Below, piece after piece: positions 28,743 through 37,224 of a stretch of 46,419 nucleotides of DNA. Each line of letters begins with the position of its first letter. The stretch's first letter is position 1. The notes beneath the pieces are model-generated. The model saw only the letters and a program-made list of their open reading frames with translations, was not told the origin of the DNA and made no database searches. The stretch is from Planctomycetaceae bacterium (lineage in GTDB: Bacteria; Planctomycetota; Planctomycetia; Pirellulales; UBA1268): contig JBJTBO010000091.1 of the NCBI GenBank assembly GCA_046091445.1, positions 1 through 46,419 on the forward strand, written 5' to 3'. Both the position numbers and the translations under genes were made by a program.

Positions 28743-29621
28743 TCACTCGACCCACGTTCCCTCGAACACCTCTTCCGCCGGCCCCGTCATCACGACGTGC
28801 CCGGCGGCATCGCCACGTTCGAGCCATTCCAGTTCGAGCGTGCCTCCCGGAAGCTCGGCCCGGATGTGCCGGTCGGTCCGACCGCCGAGCGCACCGGCCA
28901 CACAGACGGCGGCCGCACCCGTGCCGCAGGCCTGCGTGATGCCGCTGCCACGCTCCCATGTGCGCATCCGCACCCGGTCCGACGCGAGCACCTGCACGAA
29001 GTGCACGTTGACGCGACGCGGGAAGAGCGCCGCGGTCTCGATCCGGGGACCGATCACCTCGAGCGGCACGCGTGCGACCTCACGACACCAGAAGACGACG
29101 TGCGGGTTGCCCATCGACACGCAGGTCATGCGGGGGTCCAGGCCGCAGGCCGCCCACCACGGCTCCTCCGGCCCGAGCGCCGTGCACGGGGCATCGACCA
29201 CCGGCCCCGATCCGCCGACGTCGACGGGGATCGCCGCAGGATCGAGCATCGGCGCGCCCATGTCGACGCGCACGCGGGAGCTGCGCGCTCCCGTGGGCGT
29301 CACGTCCACGGTCAGCAGGCCCCGCCCGGTCTCGATCGCGACGCCTCCCGGTGCGGCATGTCCCCTGGAGACGACCAGGTGTGCCACACAGCGGATGCCG
29401 TTGCCACACATCTCGGCCTCGCTGCCGTCGGCGTTGAACATCCGCATGCGCGCCGCGGCGACCGTGGACGGCTGCACGAGCACGAGCCCGTCGCCCCCGA
29501 CCCCGCGGTGACGATCGGCGATCCGCGGTGCGAGCCCCGCCGGATCGCGTGGGGTCGGCTCGACGAAACAGTCGACGTACACGTAGTCGTTGCCGGCGCC
29601 GTGCATCTTCACGAACTTCAT
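28743..29621 (-). CDS. dapF: Diaminopimelate epimerase
   Basis: MKFVKMHGAGNDYVYVD N-terminus and both catalytic Cys contexts (MCGNGIRC, TQACGTGA). Start at ATG 29621. Confidence 0.95.
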   Translation of the reverse strand: MKFVKMHGAGNDYVYVDCFVEPTPRDPAGLAPRIADRHRGVGGDGLVLVQPSTVAAARMRMFNADGSEAEMCGNGIRCVAHLVVSRGHAAPGGVAIETGRGLLTVDVTPTGARSSRVRVDMGAPMLDPAAIPVDVGGSGPVVDAPCTALGPEEPWWAACGLDPRMTCVSMGNPHVVFWCREVARVPLEVIGPRIETAALFPRRVNVHFVQVLASDRVRMRTWERGSGITQACGTGAAAVCVAGALGGRTDRHIRAELPGGTLELEWLERGDAAGHVVMTGPAEEVFEGTWVE

Positions 29622-29762
29622 CTGCGACTTCCGTATCCGTCCCATGGTCACGTGTCCGGCACCGTGCACGACCGTCACCATCACTCTAGCGACCTGCCGG
29701 ACCCGCGATCCATGCCAAACACGAGCCGGCCCGCAGCGCCCTCTCGTCCCGCACGAGGCGGC

Positions 29763-32700
29763 TCACGGACGCAGCGCCGTCCGCGGCCCGCCTGCCGACT
29801 GCCGCGCCTGGAGCTTCTGCAGCGCGGCCGCGAGGGTCGGGAAGGCCTCCGTCGACGGCTCGGGCTCCGCGAGCGTGCCATCGACGTGAATGAGCATGAA
29901 CTGGCCGCTCGCCCCACCCAGCAGCCGCTTCATCGCCGGCAGCTGCGTCTTGGCGTCGCCGACGATCGAGCGAAACGTGAGGTCGAGCCCTCCGTCGAAG
30001 TCGACGGCACCGGCGCCGACGAGGCTGATCGCGTCTCCCGACAGTTCGATCGTGTCGAGATACGCGTGCGGTCCCTCGATGCGAAAGTCGACGAGGCTAC
30101 CCGTGAAGGCGTTCCGGTCCGGTGCCTTGACGCGCAGGATCTTCAGGAGGGCCACCACCACCGGCAGTTCGTAGAGGTCGGCGTCCCGCAGCCGCATCTG
30201 CCCCCGTCCCGTGAGCGAGTGGCTGCCGGTCCGCGAGCCCGAGATCTCGAGTCCGGCCTGCATGCGCCCCCGGTAGCCATGGGCGACGCCGGTCGCCTCG
30301 CTCGTGAGCCGCTCGAGATCGGCATCGCTGAGCGCCGCATTCACCGTGAAGCGGCCACCGGGTCCCGCCGTGACCTGTCCATCGACCAGCAGCATCCCCC
30401 CGGCGACCCGCGCGCCGAGCCGCTGCCCGCCAACGCCGTCCGCGGCCACCGCCGGAGCGCCGGAGCGCATGCCGGCGGGGTCGAGTGCGATGGGCCCCTC
30501 GAGATCGGTCAGCTGCACGCCCCGCACGATCGCGCTGTCGAGCGACACCTGGCCGTCGGCCCGCCAGTTCGTGCCGTCGCTCTGTCCGCGCAGACGGATC
30601 CCGCCGTGCACGTGCTCCAGCGGCACCCCGACGTCGACCTCGGCCTGCGCCATGTCGAGGTGCATGTCCCACGCTGCCGCGACCCCCGTGCGCTCGGAGG
30701 GTGGGCCCGCTGGGGGAGCCGACGGCGCGGTCGAATAGATGTCGAGCGTCCCTTCGAGGGACAGGAGGCCCCGCAGATCGACGCCGGCCACCGCGTCGCG
30801 GAGGCCGTCCGGAAGCGCCTGCAGCAGGTCATGATCGACGCGGAAGCGGTCCGCGCTGAGCCGCTCGAAGGAGACGTGCCATCCGTCGTCGGCCGTGAAG
30901 ATGCAGCGCCCCTCCGTCGCCACGACCGTGCGCTGATGGACGCCCCGGATGCGCTCGAAGCGCAGCTGTCCGTCCCGCCACACGAGTCGCCCCTGCATCT
31001 GCTCGAGGCGATATGGAAACCAGGCGGGCTCGATCGAGACGCTCTGCCCCTCCGGCGTCGCCTCGAGCTCGACCGATGTCCGATGCGTCTTGACGCGGTG
31101 GCGCACCGTGGCGGTGAACTCCGCCGTCCCGCGGGGGTCCACGTCCTCCCAGATGCGCTGCATTCCCTGGGGCAGTGCGTCGCGCAGCTCCGGCTCGAGC
31201 ACGACGCCACGGCCGGTGAGGCGGAGGGTCAGTTCGCCGTCGTCGTCACCGACCGGCTCGAGCCCGCCGGAACAGCGGATCACTCCGGTGTCGTTCGCAC
31301 CCACCAATTCCCGGATCGTCCACCTGGTCCCCTCCATGCGCAGCAGTCCACTCACGCCGGACAGCGGGTAGGGAAAGCCCGCGTAGCTCATGCTCCCCTG
31401 CACGACGCGCAGGTCGAGCGTATTGAAATAGTGGGTCGGAAACCGGGGCCCGCGCTCGTGCCGGAAGCGGAAATCGAAGGTCCCCGAGGCACGCAGCCGC
31501 CGCACGATGTCGGCGCTGCGGGCAGGCAGCGCCGCCAGCAGGGCGTCGTCGATGCGCATGCCGTCACCATGCACCTCGATGAATCCCTGGCCGCCGGGAA
31601 CGGACGTGTCCACCGTGCCGGTGACATGCACCGGATGTCCGCCGGCCTGTCCCGTGAGATGCAGCGCCAGTGTCCGCGCACGGAAGGTGACGGTGCCGAC
31701 GGTATGGTCGAGCCGATACGGAAAGCGATAGTGGGTGATCGACACGTTGCGGCACCGGACCGCGACATCGGGATCGAGGACGCCCGCACGACGCTGCACG
31801 CGCGCGCGCACGTCGATCTCCCCGGCAGGCAGCAGCTTGTTCCACTGCGCCGACAGCGGCTCGGGCAGGAGCCCCTCCCAGTGCCGGCCGACGTGCAGTC
31901 GCTCGCTCTCGACGACGAGGTCGAAATCGGCGGTCGACGACCACCCGTGGAGCCTGCCGCTGCCGCGCACGAGCGTCGGTCCGGCATGCCCCTCGAGCTG
32001 CTCGCACACCGCGCCGCCGCGATCGGCTCGAAAGACCGCCGAGATGTCGCTCACGGCGAAGGGCAGGGTCGCGTGCTCGAAGCGGCCGGAGCGCAGCCGG
32101 CCGGCCACCGTGAAGTCGGCCTCCGCAAGGCGGTCGAGGCCACCGGTCACCTGCCACTCCAGATCGACACGACCCCGCAGGCCGTCGGGCCACGGCCCCA
32201 CTCCCACCGTGGCGGCCAGGCCACCTGCCTGGGGCGCGAGATCGAGTCCGGCGACGTTGCCGGCGAGCTGGAAGGCGCCGGAGGATTGCACGAGCTGCCC
32301 CGTGAAGGCCGCGCGATCGAAGGGATCGCCCGTCGCCCCCCCGCTGAAGATCAGCGCGGATCCCACCTCCGTCGTGGCAGGAGCCACGTCGATGCCGACA
32401 TGTCGCACGGTGACACGCTGCCGCGTGCCCGCATCGTCGACGACGATCGTCGCGTCGTCGATCCGCACGGGCAGCGCGAGACCTCCCGGGCGACCAACGA
32501 GGACGTCCGCGAGATTCCACCGGCCATCGGCCGCGCGTACGACGTGCAGCGTGGGGCGTTGCACGCGCACGGACGTGACGCGCACGTCGCCCGCCGCCAG
32601 ATCCGTCAGCGCCGTCGCGCAGGCGAGGTGGGCCTCATCGACCGTGAGCAGACGCCGTCGCTCGGGATCGTCGATCGTGGGATCGGCCACCTCGATCCCA

Positions 32701-33014
32701 CGGATCACGAGCCCCTCACCCTCGACGAGGCTCGCCGCGCGCACCCGCACCTCGAACGTCGGGAACTCGCGCTGCAGCCTCGCCTCGACCCGACGACGCA
32801 CCTCCTCGCCCAGCCGCGTGGTCCCGAGGGCCACGGTGACGAGCACCGCCGCGGCTGTCAGCGGAAGCGTCCAACGGACGACGGTCCACAAGAGGTCGGT
32901 GAGCGGCTTCACGCGCGCAGGCGGCCGTCGGGCCGCGCCTCGAAAGGCGGTGTTTCTCCCGGGTGGGCAGCCGTCGCGCCGGGAGCGGGGGCGGGAGGGT
33001 AGGAACGCGTTCAT
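29763..33014 (-). CDS. Large membrane-anchored AsmA/TamB-like envelope protein (1083 aa)
   Basis: A single N-terminal TM helix (WTLPLTAAAVLVTVALG) is followed by about 1000 aa of repetitive beta-type sequence. The C-terminus (ISLVGAGAVDFDGGLDLTF...FMLIHVDGTLAEPE) resembles AsmA-like C-terminal regions. The family assignment is by resemblance only. Confidence 0.65.
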   Translation of the reverse strand: MNAFLPSRPRSRRDGCPPGRNTAFRGAARRPPARVKPLTDLLWTVVRWTLPLTAAAVLVTVALGTTRLGEEVRRRVEARLQREFPTFEVRVRAASLVEGEGLVIRGIEVADPTIDDPERRRLLTVDEAHLACATALTDLAAGDVRVTSVRVQRPTLHVVRAADGRWNLADVLVGRPGGLALPVRIDDATIVVDDAGTRQRVTVRHVGIDVAPATTEVGSALIFSGGATGDPFDRAAFTGQLVQSSGAFQLAGNVAGLDLAPQAGGLAATVGVGPWPDGLRGRVDLEWQVTGGLDRLAEADFTVAGRLRSGRFEHATLPFAVSDISAVFRADRGGAVCEQLEGHAGPTLVRGSGRLHGWSSTADFDLVVESERLHVGRHWEGLLPEPLSAQWNKLLPAGEIDVRARVQRRAGVLDPDVAVRCRNVSITHYRFPYRLDHTVGTVTFRARTLALHLTGQAGGHPVHVTGTVDTSVPGGQGFIEVHGDGMRIDDALLAALPARSADIVRRLRASGTFDFRFRHERGPRFPTHYFNTLDLRVVQGSMSYAGFPYPLSGVSGLLRMEGTRWTIRELVGANDTGVIRCSGGLEPVGDDDGELTLRLTGRGVVLEPELRDALPQGMQRIWEDVDPRGTAEFTATVRHRVKTHRTSVELEATPEGQSVSIEPAWFPYRLEQMQGRLVWRDGQLRFERIRGVHQRTVVATEGRCIFTADDGWHVSFERLSADRFRVDHDLLQALPDGLRDAVAGVDLRGLLSLEGTLDIYSTAPSAPPAGPPSERTGVAAAWDMHLDMAQAEVDVGVPLEHVHGGIRLRGQSDGTNWRADGQVSLDSAIVRGVQLTDLEGPIALDPAGMRSGAPAVAADGVGGQRLGARVAGGMLLVDGQVTAGPGGRFTVNAALSDADLERLTSEATGVAHGYRGRMQAGLEISGSRTGSHSLTGRGQMRLRDADLYELPVVVALLKILRVKAPDRNAFTGSLVDFRIEGPHAYLDTIELSGDAISLVGAGAVDFDGGLDLTFRSIVGDAKTQLPAMKRLLGGASGQFMLIHVDGTLAEPEPSTEAFPTLAAALQKLQARQSAGGPRTALRP

Positions 33015-33047
33015 GCACGGTCAAGTCGCCGCGCCGGGCCCGCAGGT

Positions 33048-33076
33048 TTCCCAGCCCGCCACTCCGCTGCTATAAC
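33048..33076 (+). promoter_or_regulatory. Weak promoter candidate for the MFS gene
   Basis: TTCCCA, a 17-nt spacer, then TATAAC, about 85 nt before ATG 33163. Confidence 0.25.
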
Positions 33077-33162
33077 CCGCGTCCGACCGACACGGGGACG
33101 GGGATCGGCCATCGGGCCGACCGGGCGTATCGCGTGTCGGCCGCTCCCGGGAGGCCTGACGC

Positions 33163-34851
33163 ATGGCCGCGGAAATGTCCGCTCGAGAGACCTCGGCGCC
33201 GAACGTCCACCGACTCCTCTGGGCAGGGTTCATGGCGATCCTCGCCGCCGGAGTGGGGTTCTCGATTCGGGCGGGTATCCTCGGCCAGTGGGCCGAACAG
33301 TACGGATTCACACAGACCGAACTCGGTGCCATTACCGGCGGCGGCCTCACGGGCTTCGGGATCATCATCCTGCTCTCGAGCCTGATCGCCGACCGAATCG
33401 GCTTCGGTCCGCTGATGTTCGCCGCCTTCGTAATGCACCTGATCAGCGCCGCCCTGACGCTCGCGACCGGGGCGGCCTTCCAGGCCGGCGGCAAGCCGCT
33501 TGCCTTCCAGTGTCTGTTCTGGGGCATGTTTCTCTTCGCAATCGGGAACGGCATCGCTGAGGCGGTGGTCAACCCGCTGGTGGCCGCGCTGTTTCCGAAG
33601 AACAAGACCCACTACCTCAACATCCTCCACGCCGGTTGGCCGGGAGGCCTGATCCTCGGCGGCTTGGCGAGTTATTTCATGGCTGGTGACGAGAGCTCGA
33701 AGCCCGTCGCTTGGCAGTTGCAGATATCGCTGTTTCTCGTCCCCGTGATCCTCTACGGGCTGATGATGATCGGGCAGCGATTCCCGCGCAGCGAGGCGAG
33801 CACCTCGGGCGTGTCGTATCGCGACATGCTCGGTGAGTTAGGGCTGGCCGGTGCGGTCGTGATTTGCGCGCTGCTCGCGCTGTTCTTCAAGAGCGACCTC
33901 GGGTTGACGCCGATGGTGGCCGCCGCCATCGCAGCCGGGCTTCTCGCCCTGTTCGGGGCCGCGACCGGCTTTCGCTTCGGCCACCTGTTGCTTGCCGCCC
34001 TCCTCGTGATCCACGCGTTGGTCGGCTACGTCGAACTCGGCACCGATTCCTGGATCTCGAAGATCACCGGGGCGATCATGGCAAGCCCGGCGAACGGCCT
34101 GCTGCTATTCGTCTACACCTCAGCGCTGATGTTCGCGCTGCGGTTCTTCGCCGGACCGATCGTCGAACGAATCTCACCGCTGGGGCTGCTGGCGGTGTCT
34201 GCCCTGTTCGGTGCGGGCGGCCTGTGGCTCCTCGGCAACGCCGAGGGAGCGGTGATGTGCATTGTCGCCGCGACGATCTACGGAATCGGCAAGACGTTTC
34301 TCTGGCCCACGATGCTTGCGGTCGTCAGCGAGCAATTCCCCAAGGGGGGTGCGATCACGATCGGCGCCGCCGGCGGCGTAGGAATGCTGTCGGCCGGCTT
34401 GCTCGGTGGCCCAGGTATCGGGTTTCTCCAAGACCAGAACGCCTCGCGGCATCTCCAGCGTGCTGACCCGGCGGTGTACGAGCGCTACAAGTCGCCCAAG
34501 GAGAACGAGTTCCTGTGGATGAAGACCGCGGGGCTCGACGGATCCAAGGTGGGTGTGCTCGCCGACGGCGGCAAAGAAGCGGAGCGGGCCCTGAAGCTAC
34601 TCGAGCGAGAGAAAGCCAAGCCGGAGGCGATCGCCGCCCAGCAGGCACTCGTCGATTGGTGGACCGGGGCCGCCAGTGCGACCGCGGCCGCTGACAAGGC
34701 GCTCGTCGATGACGCCGGCCTGTTCGGCGGACGACGGGCACTGATCCTCACGGCCCTCGTTCCGGCCGCGATGTTCGTCTGCTACTCGCTTCTTCTGGCA
34801 TGGTTCAGGGCCCGGGGTGGATACCAGGCCCGCGGCATGCCTGGGCACTGA
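33163..34851 (+). CDS. MFS transporter with a C-terminal soluble insert and an extra terminal helix (562 aa)
   Basis: About 12 hydrophobic helices and MFS-like segments (GNGIAEAVVNPLVAALFP, GWPGGLILGG). A charged segment of about 100 aa follows, then a last helix ALILTALVPAAMFVCYSLLLAWF. Confidence 0.85.
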   Translation: MAAEMSARETSAPNVHRLLWAGFMAILAAGVGFSIRAGILGQWAEQYGFTQTELGAITGGGLTGFGIIILLSSLIADRIGFGPLMFAAFVMHLISAALTLATGAAFQAGGKPLAFQCLFWGMFLFAIGNGIAEAVVNPLVAALFPKNKTHYLNILHAGWPGGLILGGLASYFMAGDESSKPVAWQLQISLFLVPVILYGLMMIGQRFPRSEASTSGVSYRDMLGELGLAGAVVICALLALFFKSDLGLTPMVAAAIAAGLLALFGAATGFRFGHLLLAALLVIHALVGYVELGTDSWISKITGAIMASPANGLLLFVYTSALMFALRFFAGPIVERISPLGLLAVSALFGAGGLWLLGNAEGAVMCIVAATIYGIGKTFLWPTMLAVVSEQFPKGGAITIGAAGGVGMLSAGLLGGPGIGFLQDQNASRHLQRADPAVYERYKSPKENEFLWMKTAGLDGSKVGVLADGGKEAERALKLLEREKAKPEAIAAQQALVDWWTGAASATAAADKALVDDAGLFGGRRALILTALVPAAMFVCYSLLLAWFRARGGYQARGMPGH

Positions 34852-34949
34852 GACCCCTGCAACCGGCCGTAGCGACCAGATCCGCCAGTTGGTCTTGGTG
34901 CGCCTGCCAAAGGTGCTCGTGAGGGCCGCCCTCGCGGCGCCACCGCACA

Positions 34950-35066
34950 GCGAAGCGCTCGGCGATCGATTCCTTCATCCCGGCGACCATGGCCGTGATC
35001 TATCTGGGCATGCTGGCCTCCTTCGCCAGCATCGGTGGCTACCGCCGCGTCGAGATGAACGGCTGA
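34950..35066 (+). pseudogene. Relic of the 3' end of a paralogous MFS gene
   Basis: The frame ending at TGA 35064-35066 reads ...[30 protein letters not shown]. It aligns without gaps to the C-terminus of the intact MFS (LVPAAMFVCYSLLLAWFRARGGYQARGMPGH*) with about 13 of 30 identities. Both sit at the same distance from their stop codons. There is no upstream coding continuity (TGA at 34920). Confidence 0.4.
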
Positions 35067-36115
35067 CGCGGCCCCACGTCGAGCGTGGCCCTCGGGCCGG
35101 TCGACGCACGAATGCCGCCCGGCAGGTCACGCGAGGAGGCTGCCCGGTCCTCGCCGGCAGCCGTGCCCAGGAGCCGAACGAGCGTGCGGTAGTGGGCTTC
35201 GGTCATGTCGCGCTGCGGCCAGCCCTCGCGACGCCAGAGGGCGACGAAGATCTCGGCCACGAGCGGCGGAGCGAGGGCGGCGAGGTCACCGGCGCGGAGG
35301 CGGACCGTGCCATCGGGCAGGCGTTCCGCGTGCCGGTCGAGCAGATAGCCGGCTGCCGAGGAGAGGGCGTCGGCGACGCCGGCCGCCTGCACGCCAAGCC
35401 GCACGAGCGCAGCAGCGCTCGCCGGATATGGACCGGCCGCACATCGGCCGAGGATCTCGTGCCGGAGAAAATTCCTCGCACGGGAGGTATCGGTATTGGT
35501 CGCGTCCTCACGCCAGGCCTGCCCGAGGTGCGCGAGAAACCGGCGCATCGTGACGCGTGAGACGGCAAGCAGCGGCCGCACGAGCGAGATCCCGTCGGCA
35601 AGCGCCCGCGTCCGCCGCATCCCCGCCAGCCCCGCCACGCCGGTGCCGCGCAGCACGCGGTGCAGGATGGTCTCCGCCTGATCGTCGGCCGTGTGCGCGA
35701 CGAGCACGTGATGCGCGCCTGTCTCCCGGGCCACGTCCGCCAGGAAGCCGTAGCGCAGACGCCGGGCCCGGCCCTCGAGCCCCTCGCCTCGCACGGCCGC
35801 GGGATCGCGCACCGTCAGCCGACGCCAGGTGACGGGGACGCCGACGCCCTCGGCCAGACGCGTGACGAAGGCCCGGTCATCGGGCGCCTCCGCCCGCAGA
35901 TCATGCTCCGCGTGTGCCACCACGAGCCGCCGTCCGACCGCGGGGCCGAGCTGCAGGAGCCCCAGCAGCAGTCCCACGCTGTCGGCTCCTCCGGACACCG
36001 CGACCACGACCGGACTCGACGGCGTTCCAAGCCACGCGGGCTCCGCCGAGAGGGCGGCGAGCACCGCGGCGGCGGCGTGGTCGAGCGGGGATGCTTCGCC
36101 GGCTGACACTCCCAT
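35039..36115 (-). CDS. tilS: tRNA(Ile)-lysidine synthase
   Basis: PP-loop [13 protein letters not shown] near the N-terminus, [17 protein letters not shown], and about 358 aa in length. Confidence 0.9.
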   Translation of the reverse strand: MGVSAGEASPLDHAAAAVLAALSAEPAWLGTPSSPVVVAVSGGADSVGLLLGLLQLGPAVGRRLVVAHAEHDLRAEAPDDRAFVTRLAEGVGVPVTWRRLTVRDPAAVRGEGLEGRARRLRYGFLADVARETGAHHVLVAHTADDQAETILHRVLRGTGVAGLAGMRRTRALADGISLVRPLLAVSRVTMRRFLAHLGQAWREDATNTDTSRARNFLRHEILGRCAAGPYPASAAALVRLGVQAAGVADALSSAAGYLLDRHAERLPDGTVRLRAGDLAALAPPLVAEIFVALWRREGWPQRDMTEAHYRTLVRLLGTAAGEDRAASSRDLPGGIRASTGPRATLDVGPRQPFISTRR

Positions 36116-36295
36116 CGCACTCCGGTGACGATCCGACCCTGCGCGACACGCGACCGCATGCCCGAGTGTCGCACAGCGACGCCGCCCGAAAAACGCCTGC
36201 TCGAGCCACGAAAACGGGATTGAGAGGACGCGACCCCGCCGCTACTGTCCCCATGATTCCCCCACCGGACTGCCCCCCACACCGAGGAACGTGCC

Positions 36296-36928
36296 ATGTT
36301 CCATACCCTGCCGCGCGGCCTCGTGGCGCTCGCCCTGCTGCCGCTGCTGTCGGGTTGCTCCACGCTGCTCACGGTCGCCTACCTCGTGCGGCCCAATGAC
36401 GTCCCGGCGGAATACGCCGGCCTGAAGGGGTCGCACGTGGCCGTCGTCTGCCGGCCGATCGTCGAGCTCGAGTTCAGCGACGCGGGTTCGGCACGTGAGC
36501 TCGCCGGCGTGGTGGACCAGCATCTCCGGGACAAGGTGCGCGGGATCAACGTCATCGGTCAGCACGAGGTCGCCCGCTGGCTCGACGAGAACGCGTGGGT
36601 CGATTATCCGGCCCTCGGCGCATCGCTCGACGCCGATTACGTCGTGGGCATCGACCTCGAGCAGTTCCGGCTGTTCGAGGGATCGACGCTCTACCGCGGC
36701 AAGGCCGCCGTCACCGTGCGCGTGTTCGACGTCAAGACCGGGGACGTCGCGTTCGAGAAGCGCATCGACGACTTCTCGTTTCCAGTCAACGGCGCGATCC
36801 CGACCTCCGACCGGACCGAGGCCGAGTTTCGCTCGATGTTTCTCACGATTCTCGGCCAGCGAATCGCCCGCTCGTTCCACGCGTACGAAAGCCGCGACGT
36901 CTTCGCGGAGGACAGCCTGACGTTCTGA
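36296..36928 (+). CDS. Hypothetical lipoprotein
   Basis: Signal peptide with the lipobox LLSGC (MFHTLPRGLVALALLPLLSGC). High GC3. No recognised catalytic motif. Confidence 0.7.
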   Translation: MFHTLPRGLVALALLPLLSGCSTLLTVAYLVRPNDVPAEYAGLKGSHVAVVCRPIVELEFSDAGSARELAGVVDQHLRDKVRGINVIGQHEVARWLDENAWVDYPALGASLDADYVVGIDLEQFRLFEGSTLYRGKAAVTVRVFDVKTGDVAFEKRIDDFSFPVNGAIPTSDRTEAEFRSMFLTILGQRIARSFHAYESRDVFAEDSLTF

Positions 36929-37044
36929 CTTCACGTGCGACGAGCCATCCCTGGCCTCGTCGCACGGCGAGTCGGGCGGAAAGCCAGAGGTTTCCTCCCG
37001 ACTCGAGGGCCGCCGTCCGGGCGGCCTCCTTCACGTGCGACGAG
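36929..37044. repeat. 16-bp direct repeat CTTCACGTGCGACGAG at exactly 100-bp spacing
   Basis: The copies at 36929..36944 and 37029..37044 are identical. Each contains the palindrome CACGTG. Confidence 0.9.
36934..37026. terminator. Three consecutive GC-rich stem-loops after the lipoprotein gene
   Basis: First: CGTGCGACGAG / CTCGTCGCACG, 11 bp (36934..36966). Second: CGAGTCGGG-c-GGAAA / TTTCC-t-CCCGACTCG, 14 bp with one mismatch (36968..37005). Third: GGCCGCC / GGCGGCC, 7 bp (37008..37026). No U-tracts. Confidence 0.4.
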
Positions 37045-37181
37045 TCGAGCGGATCGGTCAAGACGACCGGGGTCGGCGAAAGCTACCCGAGCGACGGGCC
37101 ACCTCGGCCCGAGCGAGAAGACTCGTGCCGCCCCCTGAGCCGGTGCTCTCCAGCAGCTCGAATGCAACCCAGGGATTTGCC

Positions 37182-37217
37182 GACGCAGCCCGCCCACACA
37201 GAAGCCCGGGCTGCGTC
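37182..37217 (-). terminator. Perfect 11-bp stem-loop immediately downstream of the VWA gene
   Basis: GACGCAGCCCG (37182..37192) pairs with CGGGCTGCGTC (37207..37217) around a 14-nt loop. It lies 8 nt beyond the stop codon at 37225-37227. Confidence 0.45.
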
Positions 37218-37224
37218 CGCCGCC

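Noticed and set aside
28611-33002. 1463-aa plus-strand ORF, the longest in the track
   Set aside because: It is antisense to dapF and the AsmA-like gene. Its product is an Arg/Gly/Asp/His-rich, low-information peptide with no motifs. This is a classic high-GC shadow ORF, since GC3-biased codons remove stops from the opposite frame.
33163-34851. Apparent lower GC of the second MFS gene, as a sign of horizontal transfer
   Set aside because: Hand counts give about 58-72% GC per 60-nt line. Third-position GC is about 84%, similar to the housekeeping genes. The dip is explained by hydrophobic-residue codons (Phe, Ile, Leu), not by foreign origin.
34805-34990. 61-aa minus-strand ORF ([29 protein letters not shown]...) in the MFS-tilS spacer
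   Set aside because: It overlaps the 3' end of the intact MFS gene, has mediocre GC3 (about 75%) and no motif I recognise. It may be debris from whatever disrupted the ancestral MFS gene, but I cannot support a call.
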